Below are positions 56,320 to 64,000 of a DNA stretch of 64,000 bases, one piece after another. Numbering within the stretch: position 1 is the first letter of the stretch; the number at the start of each line of letters is the position of its first letter. The stretch covers positions 9,633 to 73,632 of the IMG/VR virus record IMGVR_UViG_2767802067_000003; one strand, written 5' to 3'. The translations under genes were made by a program, and so were the position numbers. The DNA comes from a virus. Lineage: Duplodnaviria; Caudoviricetes. The notes below the pieces were generated by a model. The model was not told the DNA's origin. It ran no database searches and saw only the letters and a program-made list of their open reading frames with translations.

Positions 56320-57344
56320 TCCAGGTGCTGCTCCCGGCTGGTAGCCCACCAGTAGATGACCTGATCGCGGGTCGGGACCGTCTGGAACTCACCGAGCTCG
56401 GCGAGTCTCCGTCGGAGCGCGCCCAGTGCCTGCTTGACTCGGCTCACCGAGACGGACAACTCCCGCGCGATGACCTCGTAGGTGCGGCCGGCGACCAGTG
56501 AGCGCAGGATCGACCGTTCCTGCTGCGTGGTCACCGGCCCGGTCCCCTGGTCGTCGCTGCGGTCGGCCTGCCATGGCTCGGCGCGGTCCCAGGCGAGATT
56601 GAAGACCTCGACGATGAACGCCACCATCGCCGGGGCGGTCACGATCCAGGCCGGCGCCGAGCCCTTCTCCGGCGGCGTGTGGAAGCTGGGGATGAACGCG
56701 GTGGACTCATCGATGACGATGAGGCGGGTAAATGGCGCGGCCAGCAGGCGGACCTGGGCGCCGAGGCCGGTCATGTAGTCCACCCACTCCCGGGTAGCGG
56801 TCCCGTCCGATCCCGGGGCGATCGCGCTGGAGTGGTAGAGCGTGCGCATGGCGACGCCGCGGCGGATCGCCTTGCTGTCCCGTTCCCAGGAGTACGCCAG
56901 CTTCTTCGGGGAGCGGGCCCCGCCGGGCTGTGCGGTCAGAAGGCTATGGCTGGCGCCCTCGATCTTCTCATCAATGGCGTAGTTCACGTTGCAGCCGTAG
57001 ACGTACTCGATGCCGTTGGTCGAGGTGCAGCCTTCCCTGGACAGGCTCCCCATGAGGATGTGGAGACCGCGAACCTTGTCCAAGGTCTCCTGCAGGGTGT
57101 CCAGGGCCGTGGCCGTCGCGCGACGTTCGAACACCTCCAGCGGTACTGCGGTGTACCGACCTGGCTCGACGCTCGCCGGCACCAGCAGGCCCAGTGTGAG
57201 CAGAAGGTCCAGGTATGGGCTGTCGTCCGGGATGCGCTCGTGGCGAAGGGCGCGCTGCCAGAGGACAAGCGCAGGTCGCGGCAAGGCGCCTGACGTCAGG
57301 GCAGCCGCTGCGGCCGCCGCTTTGTCCGATTCTTCAGTATTCAA
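56316..57344 (-). CDS. TrmB/PLD-like sensor domain + C-terminal LuxR-type HTH regulator
   Basis: GVAMRTLYHSS...VRLL..PFTRLIVIDESTAFIP...F..AWDRA..W; TTQQERSILRSLVAGRTYEVIARELSVS; TTG start after GAAGG. Confidence 0.85.
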   Translation of the reverse strand: MNTEESDKAAAAAAALTSGALPRPALVLWQRALRHERIPDDSPYLDLLLTLGLLVPASVEPGRYTAVPLEVFERRATATALDTLQETLDKVRGLHILMGSLSREGCTSTNGIEYVYGCNVNYAIDEKIEGASHSLLTAQPGGARSPKKLAYSWERDSKAIRRGVAMRTLYHSSAIAPGSDGTATREWVDYMTGLGAQVRLLAAPFTRLIVIDESTAFIPSFHTPPEKGSAPAWIVTAPAMVAFIVEVFNLAWDRAEPWQADRSDDQGTGPVTTQQERSILRSLVAGRTYEVIARELSVSVSRVKQALGALRRRLAELGEFQTVPTRDQVIYWWATSREQHLD

Positions 57345-57501
57345 CGATGTACCTTCGGACACCGGACGGACGTGCACCAACGCTCCCCTTGATCGGCATA
57401 TGCGGTCAGGGCGAACCTTAGTGCGGATGATCATCCAATTGCACTCAAACCAACGGCCTAGTACCGGCCACCGAATCCCATCCACCGATCCGAGAGACCC
57501 G

Positions 57502-57759
57502 ATGTACCTCACAACCAACCTCCGCCGCGCCGCCGTAGCCGTCCTGCTGCCCGTCCTGGCAGCCCTCGCCCTGTACAGCACCTACGCCACCACCCGAGCC
57601 AGCGCAGCCGACTCCACCTGGGGCCACGGTGACCAGGACACCGCGGTCGTCGCGGACTCCACCTGGGGCGTGATCGCGCCACCTCCGGTTGGCGATCAGA
57701 CCGGTCGGACCGGCCAGGACCAGAACCCGGACACCCCGGACGACTCCACCTGGGGCTGA
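57502..57759 (+). CDS. Secreted peptide precursor with three DSTWG repeats
   Basis: Sec signal (RR + hydrophobic core + ASA); DSTWG at 57610, 57655 and 57742 (the last ends at the stop codon). Confidence 0.8.
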   Translation: MYLTTNLRRAAVAVLLPVLAALALYSTYATTRASAADSTWGHGDQDTAVVADSTWGVIAPPPVGDQTGRTGQDQNPDTPDDSTWG

Positions 57760-57840
57760 ACTGATTCGTGGGCTGAGCTCGTCTGAGGGCTCGAGCCCAG
57801 AGTGCGGGGGCGGGTGCCAATAAACGGGGGGAACAGAGAA

Positions 57841-58368
57841 ATGCGCCACCAGCAGGCCCGGACGAACGCTGCTCACCGGGTCGCAGAAGACAACCACTGG
57901 ATCACAGCCGGCTCTACGAGGGCGGGCGCGGTGGTGACAGGGGACCGGCCCGCGGCCGGCCCAGAGGTTCCGCTGAACCTGCGCGTGTATGAGGTCGCCG
58001 AGCTTCTTGACCGTGAGCTGGCGGAGTTCGCGCAGCGCCACGCCTCCGGACCTGCCCCGATCGGGCGCAAGAACTTGGCGGCGTACGCCTACTCCATCGC
58101 CCAGCAGGCCGACGCCAGCGCCCGAAGCGAGTACGAAGTGCTGCAGATGGCCTCGAACCTTCGCGCCGCGATGGAGACCGGGGATGCCGACCAGGCGGTG
58201 GGGAAGCTCACCTGCCCCGGTTGCCTCTGCTGGTCACTGATCAGCGCGCGCATCCGCGGCCAGTGGCACTGCGTCTGCCTCAACCTGCGGTGTGCACCGA
58301 CTCCTGACGCGCCGCGCAGCTGGGCGCTCGCGGACGTCGCCCGGCACAACCTCGGCGCAGCCTCGTGA
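57841..58368 (+). CDS. Zn-binding hypothetical protein
   Basis: CPGCLCWSL...CLNLRC...LADVARH. Confidence 0.7.
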   Translation: MRHQQARTNAAHRVAEDNHWITAGSTRAGAVVTGDRPAAGPEVPLNLRVYEVAELLDRELAEFAQRHASGPAPIGRKNLAAYAYSIAQQADASARSEYEVLQMASNLRAAMETGDADQAVGKLTCPGCLCWSLISARIRGQWHCVCLNLRCAPTPDAPRSWALADVARHNLGAAS

Positions 58369-58646
58369 CCGCCCGGACGAGGCCGGCCTGCCCGACCCGT
58401 CGTTACCTGTCTGGTCGGCCCCGAGATCTGGTCACGTGGGCGCAGGCCGCTGAGGCCATCGCGCAGTCGCCTCATCCGATGTCGGAGCGCAACCTGCGTC
58501 GGCTGTACCGGATGTACGGAGGGTGCGTGTACCGGCTGGTCGGCGTCCGCGGTGAGCTGGTGAGCAGGACCGCGGTGTTCGAGTGGCACCGCAACTACTG
58601 GAGAGGCTGGTCGCAGGCCCCGGCGCGACCCCCCGCGCGCCGTTAG
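58365..58646 (+). CDS. Small HTH (excisionase-like) protein
   Basis: DLVTWAQAAEAIA...MSERNLRRL. Confidence 0.55.
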   Translation: MTARTRPACPTRRYLSGRPRDLVTWAQAAEAIAQSPHPMSERNLRRLYRMYGGCVYRLVGVRGELVSRTAVFEWHRNYWRGWSQAPARPPARR

Positions 58647-58656
58647 TAGATCCGCG

Positions 58657-58700
58657 CACGAATGCCCTGGACAGGCCACCTGACCAGGGCATTCGTGTTT
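58657..58700 (+). terminator. Hairpin terminator
   Basis: 14-bp stem CACGAATGCCCTGG/CCAGGGCATTCGTG then TTT. Confidence 0.7.
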
Positions 58701-58712
58701 CCGCCACCCCTC

Positions 58713-58748
58713 TACTCAATTGCGCGCGCATTTGAGCAGAGCTAGGAT
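58713..58748 (+). promoter_or_regulatory. Operator 3 overlapping promoter TTGCGC-17-TAGGAT
   Basis: TACTCAATTGCGCGCGCAT is 18/19 identical to operator 1; -35 at 58720, -10 at 58743. Confidence 0.75.
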
Positions 58749-58837
58749 TGGTAGTGCCGAAAAGGACTCGTTGCGGGGCCCTTCGACATGCGCCGTCGAG
58801 GGCCCCGCAACGGCACACCAATCCCCGCGGAGCCCCC

Positions 58838-59230
58838 GTGAGCACTGTCCGTGATCCACCCATGCCCCAAACCGGCCGCAGCCCAGGATGCCGCCGCGTG
58901 CCGTGGGACACCCTCGACGCCGAGCAACAGCACCTCGTCACAACGGTCCTGGACCTTCTAGGAACCGCCAACGGCCTCACCGAGGACGAAGCCCCCGTCA
59001 CCGCGCCGCCGGCCAGGGCCACGCTCAGCACGCTGGCGGCCGCCGTCGCCGGTCTCACCGTCACCTCCGGAGCAGAGCTCGCCCAGTGCTACGACTGCAC
59101 CGACCTGGTCGACGGATACGACACCAACGTGACCAACGGCGGAGTCATCATCTGCGACGACTGCCACCACCTCCGGAACGCCGCCGACCCGGACTTCTGG
59201 AGGCCCGATACCACCCGCTACGACGACTGA
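58838..59230 (+). CDS. Hypothetical protein with CxxC...CxxC
   Basis: CYDC...ICDDC; GGAG RBS. Confidence 0.55.
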   Translation: MSTVRDPPMPQTGRSPGCRRVPWDTLDAEQQHLVTTVLDLLGTANGLTEDEAPVTAPPARATLSTLAAAVAGLTVTSGAELAQCYDCTDLVDGYDTNVTNGGVIICDDCHHLRNAADPDFWRPDTTRYDD

Positions 59231-59372
59231 TGCCCAACAGCCAGCCGCCAGCCGCGCGCCCCGCTCGGGTCTGCACCCGCCACGAGCCGCACCACAAACC
59301 CGCGAAGCCGGTCCCCTGCCGACTTCCCCGATCCCGTCCTGCAACCGGACGGTCCCCACCTAGGAGACGCCC

Positions 59373-59912
59373 TTGCTTGAACAATCCGCGGCCGACCCCG
59401 CGAGCCGTCCTCTCTTCGAGTGCACGGTCTTCGGCACGCCCGCCCCCCAGGGCAGCAAGTCACCGAAGGGCCTTCGACGTACCAAGAAGGGCAACCTGGT
59501 CTCGAACCTGGTCGAGTCAAGCAAGCTGGTCGGTCCCTGGCGCGACGCCGTCAAGGCCGCCGCGATCCGGACCAGACTTGCCCTACCGACCTGGCGAACC
59601 CTGGACGGTCCCCTCGTCGCGGAGATGCACTTCACCCTCCCCCGCCCCAAGAGCGCCCCCGCCTCGCGCACCCGCCCCGACCGCTACCCCGACCTCAGTA
59701 AGCTCGTTCGCTCAACCGAAGACGCCCTGACATCCGCTCAGATCTGGCGCGACGACGCCCGCGTGGTCGAGTACGAGGCTCTGGCCAAGCACTACGTCGG
59801 CAGCAAGGACCCCCGCGCCCTGGCACGACCCGGCGTGATCATCCGTATCTGGAGTCCACGTGACCCGCACCACCAACCTGCTTGCCGCGACGCATCTGCG
59901 GCATCTCACTGA
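59373..59912 (+). CDS. rusA: RusA Holliday junction resolvase
   Basis: GTPAPQGSK...WR..V...PDLSKLVRSTEDAL...DDARVV. Confidence 0.9.
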   Translation: MLEQSAADPASRPLFECTVFGTPAPQGSKSPKGLRRTKKGNLVSNLVESSKLVGPWRDAVKAAAIRTRLALPTWRTLDGPLVAEMHFTLPRPKSAPASRTRPDRYPDLSKLVRSTEDALTSAQIWRDDARVVEYEALAKHYVGSKDPRALARPGVIIRIWSPRDPHHQPACRDASAASH

Positions 59913-60735
59913 CACGGGGAGCAGCCCGGCTGGCATCCGTGACCTCGCCGGTCTGAACCAGCCCACCTACCGGGCGGCCTGGCGCAACCGCCCCGTTCCC
60001 CCGCTCGTCCACACGCGCGTCCTCGCCCTGCCGCTGCCCGCATCGCTCGAGATCGCCGCTGAGAAGCCCAGCTTGGGTACGCGCCGCCGACTGCGGGCGC
60101 TGGTGCATCAAGGCTTCCCGCCGACGTTCCTCGCCGGGGAGCTCGACTGGCCGGCCGACCACCTGCAGACCCACCTGCGTGCCCACAGCGCCCGGCACAC
60201 TGTCCATCGTCACGCCCAGGTCCGGGCTCTGTACGACCAGCTCTGGGACCAAGAGCCAACCCACCACGGCGTGTCCGTCGACCAGGCCGAGGCGGCCCAG
60301 CAACTGGCTCAGGAGCAGCGGTGGCCCGGCCCGCTGCACTGGGACGACGCGATGATCGAGCAGCCCGTCGGGCATTCGAGGCTCACCTCCACAGGACAGC
60401 TGCACCCGCCACCTGACATGGCGGCCGTCATCCGTGCCTTCGATGGTGAACCGATCGCCCTGCGCGCAGCTGACCGCAGCGCAGCGATCGTCCGAGCACA
60501 CCTCCAGCAGCGTCTGGACGCCGTCACCATCGGCAAAGCCCTCGGTCTGAAGCCCGACAGCGTCAAACGAACCTGGGACCGCGCCAAGAAGCGTGCGGTC
60601 AAGCACAACGAGCCCTGGGCGCCGTTGATCCCCTACCTCGCCGAGGCCGCCATCGACGTCGCGAACAGCAACCGCCAGGTCGACCTCGTCCGCACCATCC
60701 ACTACACCCGCCCCGTCATCCGTACCGCTGCCTAA
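59860..60735 (+). CDS. Multi-HTH phage protein
   Basis: RRRLRALVHQGF...VRALYDQLW...PLHWDD; C-terminal IGKALGLKPDSVKR. Confidence 0.7.
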   Translation: MTRTTNLLAATHLRHLTDTGSSPAGIRDLAGLNQPTYRAAWRNRPVPPLVHTRVLALPLPASLEIAAEKPSLGTRRRLRALVHQGFPPTFLAGELDWPADHLQTHLRAHSARHTVHRHAQVRALYDQLWDQEPTHHGVSVDQAEAAQQLAQEQRWPGPLHWDDAMIEQPVGHSRLTSTGQLHPPPDMAAVIRAFDGEPIALRAADRSAAIVRAHLQQRLDAVTIGKALGLKPDSVKRTWDRAKKRAVKHNEPWAPLIPYLAEAAIDVANSNRQVDLVRTIHYTRPVIRTAA

Positions 60736-60747
60736 GGAGCCGCCCCC

Positions 60748-61269
60748 GTGGCTGGAGAAACGCTCATAACCCTGACCGGCAACCTTGTCGACGACCCCGA
60801 GCTGCGCTTCACCCCCTCGGGGGCTGCGGTCGCGAAGTTCCGGATCGCCTCCACCCCCCGCACCTTCGACCGCCAGACCAACGAATGGCAGGACGGCGAG
60901 AGCCTCTTCCTCACCTGCAACGTCTGGCGCCAGTCGGCCGAGAACGTGGCCGAGTCCCTGCAGCGCGGTATGCGCGTCATCGTTCAGGGCTTCCTCAAGC
61001 AGCGCTCCTACGAGACCAAGGAAGGCGAGAAGCGCAGCGTCTTCGAAGTCGAGGTCCAGGACGTCGGGCCCTCTTTGCGAGGTGCGACGGCCAAGGTGAC
61101 GCGCTCGCAGCGATCCGAGCGCAGCAGCACGAACGGGTGGCAGCAGAGCCGCGGCGGTGGGGAAAGCCGGGGCCCGTCGCAGCCCAACCCGTGGACCACA
61201 CAGGGGCCAGTGGGCGATCCGTGGGGCAGCGACACGCAGGGCGGCCTCAACGAGGAGCCACCGTTCTGA
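60748..61269 (+). CDS. ssb: Single-stranded DNA-binding protein
   Basis: [38 protein letters not shown]...EEPPF. Confidence 0.97.
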   Translation: MAGETLITLTGNLVDDPELRFTPSGAAVAKFRIASTPRTFDRQTNEWQDGESLFLTCNVWRQSAENVAESLQRGMRVIVQGFLKQRSYETKEGEKRSVFEVEVQDVGPSLRGATAKVTRSQRSERSSTNGWQQSRGGGESRGPSQPNPWTTQGPVGDPWGSDTQGGLNEEPPF

Positions 61270-61286
61270 TAAGCGTGCGGGGCGTA

Positions 61287-61320
61287 CGGTCAGGGCCCGG
61301 GCGCCCCGGGGCCCTGACCG
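61287..61320. terminator. Hairpin between convergent ssb and parA
   Basis: 12-bp stem CGGTCAGGGCCC/GGGCCCTGACCG. Confidence 0.55.
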
Positions 61321-61526
61321 GCGAAGGCCCCACTGTACGACCGGTCCCAGCGCGTCCATGCTGCCAGCCGTTCTCGCGGGCTAAGCCAGGTCCCTGATGG
61401 GCGATCAGCCCTGACGTTGTCCTTGCTTCTCGGTAGGGTGGCTGAGCAGGCACAAGGCCCGTACAGAGCGCGGGAGTCACTACCTTCCGCGGTCCGTACG
61501 GGCCGTTGTGCTTGCTGCTGCGGAAC

Positions 61527-62465
61527 CTACTCGCCGGGCTCCAGGTCCGGGAACCCGAGAGCGTCCACGACGGCTTCGTAGTCGAGGGCCGGGGCCGAAG
61601 AGTCGGCGCTGATCGACACCGGGCACTGCTTGGAGTACTGAGCCGCCGCTACGCCGCTGTACCGGACGTACGGGAGGATCTTGCCGGGGTTGTCCAGCTC
61701 CACCTTCTCCACGGTCTCGTGGTACTCCTTGGCGCTGTGCGAGGGCGTGGGAGTCGCGCACAGCAGGATGTTGTGCACGGTCGGATTGGCGGGCGCACCG
61801 CGACCGACGTTGTCGTCGCGCATCTTCTCCAACGCCTTGTAGAGCTTCTTGAGCGCGCCAGCCTCCTTGCCGGTCACCAGAAGCGGCGGGATCACCTCGT
61901 CCTCCTCCTCCATGGCGATCATCGACGTGACGGTGACGCCCTGGTAGTTGGCTGGCAGGTCGAGGAGCCAGATCTCGTTGTCGTCAGCGGTGAGCTTGCC
62001 GTCCTCGTAGGCCGCCGTGAGGTCCGCGAACCAGTAGAACTTCTGGCGCTGCGTGGCGAAGATGGTGTCGGCGTCGATCAGCTCCGGGTCGCCCGGGACG
62101 ACGTACAGGTTCGGGATCTCCCGGAAGCAGTCCTCCGACGTGCCCAGCGCGACGCGGAAGCGCCCCGGGAGCAGGGTCTCCTCGAGAGTCGCCCTCTTGT
62201 TGATCAGGTCCCAGACGGTCTTGCTGCCGGGCTTACGCTGCTCCTCGCCCTGGCACAGGGTCTCGGAGGCGTTGCTCTGCGCGTCGAGGTCGAAGACGAC
62301 GACCTTGTAGCCGCGCAAGGCCAGGATGCAGGCGATGGCGACGGTGCTCGTCGTCTTCGCCGTGCCGCCGGCCGCGAGAAGGAACGCGATGATCAGCGGG
62401 TGCAGGCGGTCGTTGGGCCGCAGGCGCTTGCGGATCTCCTGCATGGGGAGGAGCTTCGTGCTCAC
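61527..62465 (-). CDS. parA: ParA-family ATPase
   Basis: AGGTAKTT...GYKVVVFDLDAQSNAS...LYVVPG...WLLDLP. Confidence 0.9.
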   Translation of the reverse strand: MSTKLLPMQEIRKRLRPNDRLHPLIIAFLLAAGGTAKTTSTVAIACILALRGYKVVVFDLDAQSNASETLCQGEEQRKPGSKTVWDLINKRATLEETLLPGRFRVALGTSEDCFREIPNLYVVPGDPELIDADTIFATQRQKFYWFADLTAAYEDGKLTADDNEIWLLDLPANYQGVTVTSMIAMEEEDEVIPPLLVTGKEAGALKKLYKALEKMRDDNVGRGAPANPTVHNILLCATPTPSHSAKEYHETVEKVELDNPGKILPYVRYSGVAAAQYSKQCPVSISADSSAPALDYEAVVDALGFPDLEPGE

Positions 62466-64000
62466 AAGGACTCCTGGTCGGTCAGTTCCGCCTCGTCACG
62501 GGCCGCTTCGCTCAGGGCAACTCCCAGACGCGTCAGCGATTCCCGCTCCCAAGCGGTCTCGGGTACATAGCCAGCTGCGGTGATCAGGAACTGCACGTGA
62601 GCTGCGTCGTGCGCGTCCCAGTTCGGCCGACGACGGTCGGCTGCGCGGCCCTCGCCGGTAGCAAGAGCAGTGGCGAGAGAGGCATGGTGAATGAGGTCAG
62701 CGGATTTGGAGGACAGTACCGCCTCGAAGTAGCTTTCGGGATCCTTCACGCTGATCCCGGCCTGCCCGGCCTTCTGCAGCCAGTCGTGGGCGCGAACCCG
62801 GGCGGCCTGGTTGGTGCCACCGAGCAGAGCCCTCGAGATCACCCCGTCGACGCCCTCCAAGGTGTAGGCGTGGGGATCGCTGAGCAGCGAGATGCAAGCC
62901 TGCTCACGGTCTGCCGAGGCGACCCGTCGCTCCAGCGCCCGCTTCCCTTCCGCCTTCTCAGCCCGGCTCTGAACGGGAGCGGCCGGGGCCGGCCGGGGCT
63001 GGGCGGGAGCAGCCGAGGCCTCCGCAGCGGCGGGCGCGGCAGCGGCGCTCTCCCGAGGCTCCGCAGGCGTTGACACAACAGCGGGCTCCGCCGCCGGAGG
63101 CGCTGCCGCAACGGCCTCGGAAGCAGTCTCAGCTTCCGCCTCGTCCACTTCCGTCGGCCGTTCGACCTCGACCTCGGGCTTGGCGGCCTCGAGTGACTCT
63201 TCCTCTTCCGCACCGCGCTGGTGTCCGAGCAAGACGTGCCGCATCGCATCGTCCAGCGTCATGTCCTTTCCCCGGACCAGCTCCCAGGCCTGGACGGCCT
63301 GTTCCTTGTCCTCGAACCCCAGCAGCTTGCGTGCGTCGGAGTAGCCCAGCTCCTTCTTGGCCATGGCCTGCTGGAGCTCCTGCGGGAGCTTGAGAAGGTC
63401 CAGGCGCTTCTGCACCGTGCTGTGGCTCTTGATGTTGAGCCGGCGGGCGATCTCTCGGACGGACATGCCCTCGAACAGGCCGAACTGCAGCGCCTCCTCG
63501 TACTCGGTGGGTTGCTTGCGGTGCCAGTTCTCCTTGATCAGCTCTTCGCGGATGGTCGGGGCCAGGTCATCGCGCAGTACCGCGCGGATGCGCCGCAGGC
63601 CGGCCAGGAAGTGAGAACGCCAACGCCGCTCACCGAAGCCCAGCACGTACTTCTGCGTGATGCTCTCCGCAGCTTCCGGATAGAACCTTGCGAACTCCTC
63701 TCGATGCATCACCGACACGGGCTCCAGCAGACCGGCCGGCTGCTTGAGGCTCTCCGCGATTTCCTCGAGGTCGCCCATATCGCGGAGGTTGTACGGGTTC
63801 GGTGCGATCTGGTCCAGCGGGATGTTGAGGATGTCCCAGTCGCGGTCCGGTACGTCGGTCACCTTGGGACCGCTATCGGCAGCCGGCTGCTCAGCGACGG
63901 TGGGTGGCGCCGAGCCTGCGCCGCCGCCTTCTGCATCCTTCGATGCCGAAGCAGTTGACGGCTTGAGGTTCCGTCCGGGCTTGTCCACCTTGATCGCCAC
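62462..64000 (-). CDS. parB: ParB/RepB/Spo0J partition protein (start at or beyond the window edge)
   Basis: IPLDQIAPNPYNLR...LEEIAESL...GERRWR...EN..R; HTH MSVREIARRL. Confidence 0.9.
   Translation of the reverse strand: MAIKVDKPGRNLKPSTASASKDAEGGGAGSAPPTVAEQPAADSGPKVTDVPDRDWDILNIPLDQIAPNPYNLRDMGDLEEIAESLKQPAGLLEPVSVMHREEFARFYPEAAESITQKYVLGFGERRWRSHFLAGLRRIRAVLRDDLAPTIREELIKENWHRKQPTEYEEALQFGLFEGMSVREIARRLNIKSHSTVQKRLDLLKLPQELQQAMAKKELGYSDARKLLGFEDKEQAVQAWELVRGKDMTLDDAMRHVLLGHQRGAEEEESLEAAKPEVEVERPTEVDEAEAETASEAVAAAPPAAEPAVVSTPAEPRESAAAAPAAAEASAAPAQPRPAPAAPVQSRAEKAEGKRALERRVASADREQACISLLSDPHAYTLEGVDGVISRALLGGTNQAARVRAHDWLQKAGQAGISVKDPESYFEAVLSSKSADLIHHASLATALATGEGRAADRRRPNWDAHDAAHVQFLITAAGYVPETAWERESLTRLGVALSEAARDEAELTDQESL

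Larger units (their letters stand above)
1..64000. mobile_element. Temperate siphovirus-type prophage, probably a phage-plasmid; both ends extend beyond the window
   Basis: Full terminase-portal-protease-capsid-tail-lysis set together with parA/parB, HTH Rep, DciA and a Cre-like resolvase with lox-like site; no host housekeeping genes in the window. Confidence 0.85.

Noticed and set aside
57610-57756. GACTCCACCTGGGG x3 as a mini-CRISPR or iteron set
   Set aside because: 14-bp units with uneven spacing, all in frame within a signal-peptide ORF; best explained as peptide repeats
1-64000. LexA (TCGAAC-N4-GTTCGA) boxes or a protelomerase palindrome
   Set aside because: None seen by eye and no protelomerase gene; a motif scan would be needed to exclude weak sites

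Overview
High-GC (about 70%) actinobacterial sequence, probably from a Streptomycetaceae host, forming one temperate siphovirus-type element that looks like a phage-plasmid (extrachromosomal prophage). In order it carries: a 10-gene tRNA array (331-1179); a putative DNA-modification block around the packaging genes (ParB-N, ABC-ATPase-GNAT, ASCH, XF1762/Mom-like); complete head and tail modules (6832-30096); lysis genes (30158-33998); a 12.7 kb cargo region bounded by a 39-bp inverted repeat (34048-46839); recombination and replication genes (Sak4-like ATPase, PD-(D/E)xK exonuclease, HTH Rep, DciA, RusA, SSB); and a parB-parA pair at the right edge. The most notable signals are: (1) a Cre-like recombinase with a single loxP-like 13-8-13 site at 39266-39299; (2) a TrmB/LuxR-type regulator divergent from a secreted peptide with three DSTWG repeats, a possible arbitrium-like signalling pair; (3) an in-phase C CCA AAA slippery site plus 9-bp hairpin and an immediate -1 stop at the portal/MuF junction; (4) a RelA zinc-finger (CC/RIS) domain fused to an HTH protein behind a strong promoter; (5) three tandem C1q-like fibre plus Cys/His partner cassettes, one with an ATA start; (6) three Leu tRNAs with short variable arms. 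Protein family calls come from motif recognition by eye; no database searches were run.
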